DNA of 37,133 nt from an uncultured Thiopseudomonas sp. (GCA_964555485.1 CAZKTB010000001.1:5201-42333); one strand, 5' to 3'. Counted from the first letter of the stretch, positions 21,156 to 29,271 are shown. A program made the numbers and translations. Notes: a model not told the origin generated them from the sequence alone.

Positions 21156-22685
21156 ATGACCAGACTCTGCCGCGATCAGCAGCTTCGCCTGCTTGCCAGC
21201 CAGACTTTCGATCTGCTGGTAGTTGGTGGTGGCGCCACAGGTGCCGGCATTGCGCTGGATGCTGCCAGCCGCGGCCTGTCGGTGGCGCTGGTCGAGCGCG
21301 GTGACTTTGCCAGCGGCACCTCCAGCCGTTCCAGCAAGCTGATCCATGGTGGCGTACGCTATCTTGAGGCTGCCATTACAAAGCTGGCCCCGGCCCAGTG
21401 GCGGCTGGTGCGTGAGGCCCTGCGCGAACGGGCCACCCTGCTCGCCATTGCGCCCCATCTGGTCTATCCGCTGCGCACGCTGGTGCCGGCGCGCAGCTGG
21501 TATCAGCTGCTCAGGCACCGTATCGGGCTCTGGCTGTATGACCGTGCCGCCGGACAGGCACTGATCGCTCCCAGCACGCTGCTATCACGCCAGCAGATGC
21601 TGGCTTCTTTCCCGCAACTGGATGGCAGCGCTCTGAAAGGCGGCATCGCTTACCATGATGCCGGCTTCGACGATGCCCGCATGGCCATCAGCCTGTTGCT
21701 GACCGCCGTGCAGCAGGGTGCGGTGATTGCCAACTATCTTGAAATCGAAAGCTTTGCCGAGGCCAACGGCCGTCTGTGTGCTGCACATGCAATCAACCGG
21801 CTGGATGACAGCAAGCATCTGATCCGGGCCAAGATCATGATCAACGCCACCGGCCCCGGCAGTGATCATCTGCGCCGCCTGGAAGATCCTGATTGCAAAC
21901 CGCGACTGACCCTCAGCCGCGGTAGCCATCTGGTACTGGACAGGACTCTGGCACCCACCAGCGATGCCCTGTTGATTCCCTCCACCAGTGATGGACGGGT
22001 GTTGTTCGTCCTGCCCTGGCAGGAGCATTGCCTGGTCGGCACCACCGATGTACCGGCAAAGATGCAGGACAGATTGCAACCTGCCGAAGATGAAGAGCGT
22101 TACCTGCTGCAACACCTGCGGCAGTGGTTTGCCGTGGACATTGATGAAAGCAGCACTCTGGCCCGCTGGGCCGGTCTTCGGCCGCTGGTTGCAGCATCCG
22201 GCTCAGATACTGCCGCCATCGTACGCGAACACCTGATTGAAACCGGCAGCAAGGGATTGATCAGCGTGCTGGGCGGCAAGTGGACCACCTACCGGAAAAT
22301 GGCCGAGGAAGCGGTGGATCAGGCCATTGCTAGCACCGGACTGGAACCCTCGGGCCCCTGCGTGACATCCACGTTGAGACTGCTGGGTGCAGACGGCTTC
22401 ACTCCGGAACTGGCCGGACAGCTGGCCACCGAATACGGACTGGAAGAAGATATTTCCCGGCATCTGGCACAGGCCTATGGTGGACTGGCAAAAGAGCTGT
22501 TGGAACAGGCAGGGCCGCAGGGACGTCAGCGCCTGCTGGACGGGCACCCCTATATCAGGGCGGAGATTGACTGGGCACGCGAACGCGAGATGGCAATGAC
22601 TGCCGAGGACATTTTGCAGCGACGCCTGCGGATCGGCATGCTGGACGGGAAGGCAGCTGATCGGCTGGCCAGCATGCTTGATTAA
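21156..22685 (+). CDS. glpD: FAD-dependent glycerol-3-phosphate dehydrogenase/oxidase (GlpD family)
   Basis: AAGGA RBS then ATG at 21156 (alternative GTG at 21138). Motifs DLLVVGGGATGAGIALDAASRGL, GTSSRSSKLIHGGVRYLE, DDARM, INATGP, WAGLRPL, GGKWTTYRKMAE and C-terminal EDILQRR. Confidence 0.88.
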   Translation: MTRLCRDQQLRLLASQTFDLLVVGGGATGAGIALDAASRGLSVALVERGDFASGTSSRSSKLIHGGVRYLEAAITKLAPAQWRLVREALRERATLLAIAPHLVYPLRTLVPARSWYQLLRHRIGLWLYDRAAGQALIAPSTLLSRQQMLASFPQLDGSALKGGIAYHDAGFDDARMAISLLLTAVQQGAVIANYLEIESFAEANGRLCAAHAINRLDDSKHLIRAKIMINATGPGSDHLRRLEDPDCKPRLTLSRGSHLVLDRTLAPTSDALLIPSTSDGRVLFVLPWQEHCLVGTTDVPAKMQDRLQPAEDEERYLLQHLRQWFAVDIDESSTLARWAGLRPLVAASGSDTAAIVREHLIETGSKGLISVLGGKWTTYRKMAEEAVDQAIASTGLEPSGPCVTSTLRLLGADGFTPELAGQLATEYGLEEDISRHLAQAYGGLAKELLEQAGPQGRQRLLDGHPYIRAEIDWAREREMAMTAEDILQRRLRIGMLDGKAADRLASMLD

Positions 22686-22686
22686 T

Positions 22687-22703
22687 ACAAGGAGCAGAAA
22701 CAA
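22687..22703 (+). repeat. Left copy of a 17-bp direct repeat
   Basis: ACAAGGAGCAGAAACAA, 16/17 identical to 28020-28036. Confidence 0.8.
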
Positions 22704-22730
22704 CTGTAGCCCGCAAGCGGGCTACAGTTG
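22701..22730 (-). terminator. Intrinsic terminator after nirB, between convergent glpD and nirB
   Basis: Perfect 14-bp inverted repeat CAACTGTAGCCCGC-aa-GCGGGCTACAGTTG, followed by TTTCT on the minus strand. Confidence 0.75.
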
Positions 22731-22751
22731 AGATGCTAAAAACAGCAGCTA

Positions 22752-23630
22752 TTACTGTTTCTTGGCTACGATGTCGGCGTCCGCATCGATACCCAGGCTA
22801 TAGCCCAGGGATACATGGTGGAAGCGGCCGGCCGCGTTGTCATCGTGAATGGCAAAACCGAAGTTGTAGGTGTTGCCGCTCTTCAGCGCCACGTCACCTT
22901 CACCACCAGTCAGTTTGCGGGTGAATACCACGCTCCAGTTGCCGTCTTCCAGCTTGCCTTCGGCACCAACCAGTGCCTGGCCACCTTCCATGACACGCTT
23001 GTCGGCAACATAGCCGTCATAGGCCTTGTTCTCGCCGCTGCGCCACTGGTTCAGGTCGTAGTAAACGCCATCGGCCAGGGAGCCGTCCTTGACGTACTTG
23101 GTCTTGCTGTCATCGCCATCAGGCATGGTGCGGGCATCACCGTGGCAGCTGCCCCAGCAACCGCCCTGGGCTGCCAACTCAACCTTGCCGCCTTCTTCCA
23201 GCATGTAGGCCAGCTTGACCGGGTTATCCGCGTCCATCTTCGGCGCGCCGGAGGCATCTGGCTGTTTCCAGGTGAAGCGCAGGTACAGGTTTTCGCCGTC
23301 GTGGGCAGCCTGGACTTTAGCGTTGATGAAAGCAGCCTTGCCAGGAATCGGGGTTGGCTCGATCTTGCCGCCGCTGGCAATCAGCTGGCCCATGTCGCCA
23401 ATTTCTTCAGAGTGACAACCCATGCAGGTTTCGCCACGCTTGAGTACGCGGGCGCCACCATGGGACGGGCCGCGCATGATCCACTCCACCGGTGACACAC
23501 CGGGATACAGCAGATCCACATTGGTTGCCTCAACCTTGCTCCAGTCGGCCGGAGCGGCAGCCATTGCGGTCCCTGTGGCAAGAGCAAATACAGCACTGGC
23601 AACGCCAGTCATCATCATTTTTTTCATCAT
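22752..23630 (-). CDS. nirB: Diheme cytochrome c-552 NirB (P. stutzeri type; unrelated to the NADH-dependent nitrite reductase NirB)
   Basis: Signal peptide ending AMA; mature N-terminus AAPADWS; heme sites CMGCH and atypical CWGSCH; C-terminal FGFAIHDD..GRFHHVS; lies downstream of nirT. Confidence 0.9.
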   Translation of the reverse strand: MMKKMMMTGVASAVFALATGTAMAAAPADWSKVEATNVDLLYPGVSPVEWIMRGPSHGGARVLKRGETCMGCHSEEIGDMGQLIASGGKIEPTPIPGKAAFINAKVQAAHDGENLYLRFTWKQPDASGAPKMDADNPVKLAYMLEEGGKVELAAQGGCWGSCHGDARTMPDGDDSKTKYVKDGSLADGVYYDLNQWRSGENKAYDGYVADKRVMEGGQALVGAEGKLEDGNWSVVFTRKLTGGEGDVALKSGNTYNFGFAIHDDNAAGRFHHVSLGYSLGIDADADIVAKKQ

Positions 23631-23661
23631 TGCTTACTCTCCAGTGGATTGGAAAACTGTG

Positions 23662-24276
23662 TTAGTCCCAATCTTCGTCTGTCATGTCTTCAGGCAGATG
23701 GTGAGCGATGCCCTTATGACAGTCAATACAGGTCATGTTGTCTTCTATCGCCATTTCATGTTGCACGCTGGCACGCTTTTTCTGCTTTTCGATATCCATG
23801 CTGTCAAAGCTGTGGCAGTTGCGACATTCGCGGGAGTCGGAATTTTTCATCCGCTTCCACTCGCTTCGGGCGAGCTTCAGGCGTTTGGCCTCGAACTTCT
23901 CGCGGGTATCGATGGTACCAACCATCTTGCCCCAGAGTTCGCGGGAAGCCTGGATTTTACGAACCATCTTGTAGCCCCACTCCTTGGGTACGTGGCAGTC
24001 AGGGCAAGTAGCCCGCACACCGGTACGGTTGGAGTAGTGGATGGTTTCCTGGTATTCAGGGTAGACATTGTCGCGCATCTCGTGACACGAGAGGCAAAAT
24101 TGTTCGGTGTTGGTCGCTTCCAGGGCCGTGTTGAAGCCGCCCCAGAAAATGATGCCGCTTACAAATCCGATCAACAGCAAGCTGGCAAGGGAATAATGGA
24201 CACTTGGACGACGCAGGGTAGCAATCAGACCGGAAAGGCCCTTGGCTCCTGTGTTACTGCTGTCTTTATCTGCCAT
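23662..24276 (-). CDS. nirT: Membrane-anchored tetraheme cytochrome c NirT (NapC/NirT family)
   Basis: N-terminal [15 protein letters not shown], and four CxxCH motifs (CLSCH, CPDCH, CRNCH, CIDCH). Confidence 0.94.
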   Translation of the reverse strand: MADKDSSNTGAKGLSGLIATLRRPSVHYSLASLLLIGFVSGIIFWGGFNTALEATNTEQFCLSCHEMRDNVYPEYQETIHYSNRTGVRATCPDCHVPKEWGYKMVRKIQASRELWGKMVGTIDTREKFEAKRLKLARSEWKRMKNSDSRECRNCHSFDSMDIEKQKKRASVQHEMAIEDNMTCIDCHKGIAHHLPEDMTDEDWD

Positions 24277-24294
24277 TGGCTTTTTCCTTCTGAG

Positions 24295-24322
24295 TTCCCC
24301 CCACCGTTGCCGGCGGGGGGAA
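24295..24322 (-). promoter_or_regulatory. Stable stem-loop between nirS (copy A) and nirT
   Basis: Sense RNA UUCCCCCCGCCG-GCAA-CGGUGGGGGGAA: 12-bp stem with one G-U pair, GNRA loop, no U-tract. Confidence 0.7.
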
Positions 24323-24346
24323 GTTTGGTCACTTGTTCAACCAGAC

Positions 24347-26038
24347 TTAGTACACGTCGTTCATTGTGTTGAAGACGTTGAACTTACCAGTCGGAGTGAT
24401 GACCTCTGGGCTGGTGATCACGGACTTGACCTTCAGCGTCTTGTCGTCGTAGACAACAATCGCGGACTGGTCAGCCTTGCCGCCCCACAGGGAAATCCAG
24501 ACTTCGTCACCCTTCTGGTTGTACTCAGGCTGTACAGCGCGGCGGATGGCGTCGCCCTGTGGCAGACCGGAGTCTTTACCAACGTTCAGAACACGAGGTG
24601 CCTTGGTCAGGTCGTTCATGTCAAAGACGTAAACGGACTCGGCGATCTCACGCTCAGGGTTCATCGGGGCATCAGCCCAGAAGTTGGTGGACTTCGGGTG
24701 AGTCTTCACGAACAGGTTACCAGCGCCTGGCATTGGCAGTTCCTGAACAACCTTCCAGTTGTGCTCCTTGTACTTCTTGAACTTCTTGTCGTCGTTCGGG
24801 GTAGAAATCAGGGATACAACATCGTCACCCAGGTGACCGGTTGCCCATACTGGACCGAACTCCGGGTGTACAAAGTTGGCACCACGACCCGGGTGAGGGA
24901 TCTTGGCAGTGTCAACGATGGCAGCCAGCTTACCGGTCTTGGTGTCAACTGCAGCTACCTGGTTGGATGCGTTGGCGGCAACCAGGAAGTAACGGTGGGA
25001 CATGTCCCAACCACCGTCGTGCAGGAACTTGGACGATGCAATGGTGGTGGTCTTCAGGTTGTCGAGGTCAGTGTAGTCAACCAGCAGGATCTGACCGGTT
25101 TCCTTGACGCTCACTACCCACTCAGGCTTCTCCGGGTTGGCTACGATGGAAGCAACACGTGGCTCTGGGTGGTAGTCACCATCGATGGTCTGGCCACGGG
25201 TGGAGACAACCTTGATCGGCTCCAGGGTCAGGCCATCTACGATGCCGTACTGTGGTGGCCAGTAGGTACCACCGATCAGGTACTTGTCTTCGTAGCCCTT
25301 GTACTTGGATACGTCAACCGAGCGCATGTCGGAACCGAAACGAACGGTAGCAACAGTCATCGGCTCTTCAGGCCACAGGTCGATGATGGTGGTCAGACCG
25401 TCACGGCCGGTGGTGTAGACGTAGCGACCGGAAGCGGACATACGGGAAATGTGTACCGCGTAACCACTTTCCAGGATCTTCCAGATCTTGTGGGTATCAC
25501 CGTCAACCAGAGCCAGCTTGCCCGCGTCACGCAGGGTGATGGCAAAGACGTTGGCCAGGTTGATCTTGTTCATCTGCTTGGTCGGACGATCTTCAACAGG
25601 AACGATCAGGTTCCAGCTGTCTTTCATGTCCTGCAGGGAGAACTCGGGTGGTACTGGTGGCTCGTGCTGTACGTAACGGGCCATCATGTTGATTTCTTCA
25701 GGGGTCAGGATGTCGTCATAGTTGACCATCCCGCCTTCGGTACCGTAAGCGATGATGTTTTCCAGACGCTTGGTACCCAGGCGCAGGGTACCGCCCTCTA
25801 CTTTGGTGCCATCTTCCAGGGTCTGGGTGAAGTGTGGCTCAAGGTTCTTACCGGTTGCGCCCTTACGCAGAACACCGTGACAACCTGCACAGCGCTCAAA
25901 ATAAATCAGCTTGGCGGCTTCTTTTTCCGCATCGGTCATTGCTGGCGCTTCGTTGGCGCTGGCATGTGATACGGCGAGGCCCAGCAGCGAGAAAGCAGCT
26001 ACAAAGCCGGCTTTGGTGAACTTACCTGCTATAGTCAT
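24347..26038 (-). CDS. nirS: Cytochrome cd1 nitrite reductase, copy A (P. stutzeri type)
   Basis: AAGGA RBS then ATG at 26038 (563 aa); signal peptide; [65 protein letters not shown]. Confidence 0.96.
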   Translation of the reverse strand: MTIAGKFTKAGFVAAFSLLGLAVSHASANEAPAMTDAEKEAAKLIYFERCAGCHGVLRKGATGKNLEPHFTQTLEDGTKVEGGTLRLGTKRLENIIAYGTEGGMVNYDDILTPEEINMMARYVQHEPPVPPEFSLQDMKDSWNLIVPVEDRPTKQMNKINLANVFAITLRDAGKLALVDGDTHKIWKILESGYAVHISRMSASGRYVYTTGRDGLTTIIDLWPEEPMTVATVRFGSDMRSVDVSKYKGYEDKYLIGGTYWPPQYGIVDGLTLEPIKVVSTRGQTIDGDYHPEPRVASIVANPEKPEWVVSVKETGQILLVDYTDLDNLKTTTIASSKFLHDGGWDMSHRYFLVAANASNQVAAVDTKTGKLAAIVDTAKIPHPGRGANFVHPEFGPVWATGHLGDDVVSLISTPNDDKKFKKYKEHNWKVVQELPMPGAGNLFVKTHPKSTNFWADAPMNPEREIAESVYVFDMNDLTKAPRVLNVGKDSGLPQGDAIRRAVQPEYNQKGDEVWISLWGGKADQSAIVVYDDKTLKVKSVITSPEVITPTGKFNVFNTMNDVY

Positions 26039-26154
26039 ACGATCTTTCCTTGGAAGCAGCTTGGCTTCTTCAGAGTACTTGGAGGGGTGATTAGTTGGCA
26101 TCTCGGATAGGCTCTTCTAGCAAATCTCTAGTTATTTCCCTTAATGCTGGCTTA

Positions 26155-26196
26155 ATACTATCCAGAGGCGGGGCTAGCATACATGACTTTAATCAA
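26155..26196 (-). promoter_or_regulatory. DNR/FNR-dependent class II promoter of nirS copy A
   Basis: Minus-strand TTGAT-TAAA-GTCAT (26196-26183) plus a -10-like TAGTAT (26160-26155) starting 29.5 bp from the box centre, which is the geometry of a -41.5 site. Confidence 0.72.
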
Positions 26197-26351
26197 GATC
26201 TCTTCGTTGTGCCTATATCTTTTTCCATGCCGCGATCCTATGCAAACCCTGCATGTATGGGGCTCGCACTGGTTAGATCGCTTTTGCATAAGGATGGAAC
26301 CAACCGCTTTCCATCCAAGCCAAGCATAGTCAGAACCGACAGGTGAATGAC

Positions 26352-26365
26352 TTGATCTATCTCAT
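26352..26365. promoter_or_regulatory. Second FNR/DNR-like box upstream of nirS copy A
   Basis: TTGAT-CTAT-CTCAT, an 8/10 match to consensus. Confidence 0.45.
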
Positions 26366-26385
26366 ACTAACGCCTCATATTGGCT

Positions 26386-27870
26386 TCATTCGACATTTTT
26401 TACCGCAAGATGCAGCATGCCACGGAAGCCCTTGGCCGATGTCAGCGGTATTCTGAAACCGCCATCCACCCGCTCCGCCAGGGTTCCGGTAGCCTCGCTC
26501 CACTTTTCTTCCGAACTCAGATAGCGCAGAACAAATCCGTCCGCAGTACGACCCAGACGCAGCGTCAGGGTATCGCGATACAGATAGTCGCCTTCCACGT
26601 GTCCGCCCCACAGCTTGCCGTCAATGTTGTAGCCGGTGGAAGAAACCGCCAGCTCGACCGCGAATACCAGGGTGCGTCCCAGGGTGATCTTCTTGCTATC
26701 GAGAAAAGCCGAAAACAGTACTGGCGAGCGCGGGCCGCCTAGCCCTTCACTGCCCGGCTTCAGCAATTCGTCATAGCTGCGCAGGACCGCACTGAAGGTT
26801 TCCCGCCGTCGCTCGCTCAGCCGGAAGCTGAAAGCACCGCGAGGCACCACCGTAGCCTCGAAATAATAGGAAGCCCTGATACCTTTGCCGGCATCCTTGG
26901 CCTTTTGCACCGATGGCGGCAAGGGCAGTGCTGCCACCTCGAGCCGACCATCGGCACGCACATCACCGAACAGGAAGCGCACCAGATTCTGGTAACCCTC
27001 TTCGGAATTGACCACCCCATGGTGGCCGCTATGACTGCGGTAGGCGAACGCCCGTGGCGCCCCCTGCACCACGGCGTTCTCGATCTTGACCAGACCGTCG
27101 CTCATTTCTCCCGCCAGGCGTTTCGATAGCCCGGCGGCAGCGCCATAATCCTGGTTGTTGGTGCCGACAAAACAGAAAAGACGTTGCGGATCGAACTTGC
27201 CATTCAGCGAGTCGACCCGTGCAGAGCCACGCGGCAAGCCCAGGTATTCGGCCATCTTCTTGCGGTTGAAGTTGTTGATATCCCAGAGCCCGAGAAAGCC
27301 CGGCACATTGATGCCGGCAACTTCGATGCCGTTGTGCGGGGTTGCATAGGTGAACACCTTGTCGACCAGCGCCCGGTCTGCGTCTGAGCTGATCGAGTCA
27401 TTTTGCAAGAAGGTGCGCACAATCAGGCCGCCCATGGAGTGAGCCACCAGATGCACCCGGAACTGCTCGCGCATGGCTGCATCAGCACCACAAACCTGTT
27501 CGCGGACAGCATATATAAGGTCTTTCAGACCGGCAGCAGCTTCGGTTATCGACAGGCGCGCACCACTTCCACCGTCGCCGGCGTCATTGTCGTAGTAGCG
27601 ATAAATGATGATGCTTCTGGCCGACAACTGTCCGTCCTGCTCCACGCCATCGGAAAAGCAGTCCCGGTAATCGTAATCCTTCATCAGCCTGATTAACGGT
27701 GATTCAAAAATATGCCGCTGGACCTTCTTGTCCCAGGACTGGCGGATCCGGGTCGAACCCAGGTTGAAGCCCATGTAGGGCGAGGCATTGGCGTTGGCAA
27801 TTTCCCCTTCGGTCATTGCGTAGCCACGAACGTAAATGATGGGATAAAAGGGTGCAGTTAGTGTCGACAT
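26386..27870 (-). CDS. Uncharacterised alpha/beta-hydrolase (lipase/esterase, PGAP1-like) with a C-terminal domain of unknown function
   Basis: GAGGGAG RBS then ATG at 27870 (494 aa). PIIYVRGY lies at the oxyanion-strand position; nucleophile elbow VHLVAHSMGGL; YATPHNG; candidate Asp (SDGLV) and His (RSHSG). No obvious signal peptide. Confidence 0.75.
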   Translation of the reverse strand: MSTLTAPFYPIIYVRGYAMTEGEIANANASPYMGFNLGSTRIRQSWDKKVQRHIFESPLIRLMKDYDYRDCFSDGVEQDGQLSARSIIIYRYYDNDAGDGGSGARLSITEAAAGLKDLIYAVREQVCGADAAMREQFRVHLVAHSMGGLIVRTFLQNDSISSDADRALVDKVFTYATPHNGIEVAGINVPGFLGLWDINNFNRKKMAEYLGLPRGSARVDSLNGKFDPQRLFCFVGTNNQDYGAAAGLSKRLAGEMSDGLVKIENAVVQGAPRAFAYRSHSGHHGVVNSEEGYQNLVRFLFGDVRADGRLEVAALPLPPSVQKAKDAGKGIRASYYFEATVVPRGAFSFRLSERRRETFSAVLRSYDELLKPGSEGLGGPRSPVLFSAFLDSKKITLGRTLVFAVELAVSSTGYNIDGKLWGGHVEGDYLYRDTLTLRLGRTADGFVLRYLSSEEKWSEATGTLAERVDGGFRIPLTSAKGFRGMLHLAVKNVE

Positions 27871-27973
27871 GGCACTTCTCCCTCGCAAGCAATCCGGCTG
27901 CGTGCCGGGCGGGCTGGCAAGCTCGTCCGCACGCTCCACCTAGACAAGCATGACATAACCCGGGCGCCGCCAT

Positions 27974-27989
27974 AGTGACGTGGCTCACA
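27974..27989. promoter_or_regulatory. CRP/Vfr-like site upstream of the hydrolase gene
   Basis: Minus-strand TGTGA-GCCACG-TCACT, a 9/10 match to TGTGA-N6-TCACA. Confidence 0.4.
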
Positions 27990-28019
27990 CGGAATACCTG
28001 CACAAGCCGAGGCCGGCTG

Positions 28020-28036
28020 ACAGGGAGCAGAAACAA
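28020..28036 (+). repeat. Right copy of the 17-bp direct repeat
   Basis: ACAGGGAGCAGAAACAA, 16/17 identical to 22687-22703. Confidence 0.8.
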
Positions 28037-28059
28037 AGCAGGGAGCGCAAGGCTCCCTG
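28030..28059 (-). terminator. Intrinsic terminator after nirJ
   Basis: Minus-strand CAGGGAGC-cttgc-GCTCCCTG followed by CTTTGTTTC. Confidence 0.7.
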
Positions 28060-28092
28060 TTGTGTCATTTGACTGTTGGTCCGTGCGGCTAA

Positions 28093-29271
28093 CTACAGCT
28101 CTACCGTACCGATCAGCTCTGGCTGTTTCAGGCCGATTTCCTCATCGGTCAGATAACAGCCCGGATCTTCGGCCCACATGTCACCCTGGGCCCAGGCCCT
28201 GGTACGGGTGTTGCCGTTACAGATCGCCAGCCACTGGCACTGGCCACAGCGGCCCTTGACCGGACGCGGATGCTGACGCAGCTCGACCAGCAGCGGATCG
28301 GGCTGGTTCAGCCAGATATCGGCAAAGCGGCTTTTGCGTACGTTACCCACGGTGTGCTGCCACCAGTAGGTATCCGGGTGGACATCACCCAGGTTGTCGA
28401 TGTTGGCAATGCCGGCACCAGATGCGTTACCGCCCCAGGCGCGCAGCATGCGTTCCATCTGCTCGGCATGCTCCGGCATTTTTTCCTTGATCCATTGCAG
28501 CAACAGAATGCCGTCGGCATCGTTGTTGCCGCTGACAAAGTCGGTTTCCACGCCACGCTGCACATCTTCCCAGGCACGCTCGAAAATCTGCGTCATTGCC
28601 GAGCGGGTCATGCTGCGGTGCGCATCCACCGACTGGTTGCGCTTGCCGCGACCGCTGTAGTTGAGGTGCGACAGATAGTATTTCTGCACGTCATACTCGC
28701 GCATCAGGTCCAGCAGTGCCGGCAGTTGCGGGTAGTTGTACTGGGTCAATGTGGTACGCAGTCCGACCTTGAGGTCTTTCTCACGACACAGGCGCACACC
28801 GTTCATGGCGGCATCAAAGCCGCCCTTCATGCGGCGGAATTCGTCATGGATGTCCGGCAGGCCGTCGATACTGATACCGACATAGTCGAAGTCGCAATCG
28901 GCGATCTCGTCAATGTTGCTGTCGTTGATCAGGGTGCCGTTGCTGGACAGCGCCACATAGAAACCATAATCGCGGGCATATTTGGCCAGCTGGAAAATAT
29001 CAGGGCGCATCAGCGGCTCGCCGCCACTGAGTACCAGCACCTTTACACCTGCCTCGTGCAGCTGATCGATCACGTCCAGCGCCTCGGCGGTATCCAGCTC
29101 GCCCTTGAAGTCGATATCGGCCGAGGTGGAATAACAGTGCTTGCAGGTCAGGTTGCAACGGCGCAGGGTGTTCCAGATCACTACCGGCGCGCGAGTGCTG
29201 CCCGGCTTGGCTGCCCGGGGCTCCGGGGCCTGGCCGGCAATGGCGCGCAAATAGTTGCTGATCCTCATCAT
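28093..29271 (-). CDS. nirJ: Radical SAM heme d1 biosynthesis protein NirJ
   Basis: PVVIWNTLRRCNLTCKHCY (CxxxCxxC), SGGEPL, and SPASM cysteines in RCGQC..ICNGNTRTRA..DPGCYL. Confidence 0.95.
   Translation of the reverse strand: MMRISNYLRAIAGQAPEPRAAKPGSTRAPVVIWNTLRRCNLTCKHCYSTSADIDFKGELDTAEALDVIDQLHEAGVKVLVLSGGEPLMRPDIFQLAKYARDYGFYVALSSNGTLINDSNIDEIADCDFDYVGISIDGLPDIHDEFRRMKGGFDAAMNGVRLCREKDLKVGLRTTLTQYNYPQLPALLDLMREYDVQKYYLSHLNYSGRGKRNQSVDAHRSMTRSAMTQIFERAWEDVQRGVETDFVSGNNDADGILLLQWIKEKMPEHAEQMERMLRAWGGNASGAGIANIDNLGDVHPDTYWWQHTVGNVRKSRFADIWLNQPDPLLVELRQHPRPVKGRCGQCQWLAICNGNTRTRAWAQGDMWAEDPGCYLTDEEIGLKQPELIGTVEL

Noticed and set aside
23140-23165. Atypical CxxxCH heme motif (CWGSCH) in the cytochrome c-552
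   Set aside because: This is a known feature of P. stutzeri-type NirB, so it is neither novel nor a defect.
24242-25969. 575-aa plus-strand ORF antisense to nirS-A, and similar long antisense ORFs at 1020-2480, 4189-5340, 19659-21071, 28270-29298, 31188-32333 and 33447-34781
   Set aside because: They overlap well-supported genes on the opposite strand and have no recognisable motifs. They are the expected shadow of biased codon usage in GC-rich genes.
26265-26290. Possible sigma-54 promoter near TTTGCA upstream of nirS-A
   Set aside because: The required GG-N10-GC spacing is not met.
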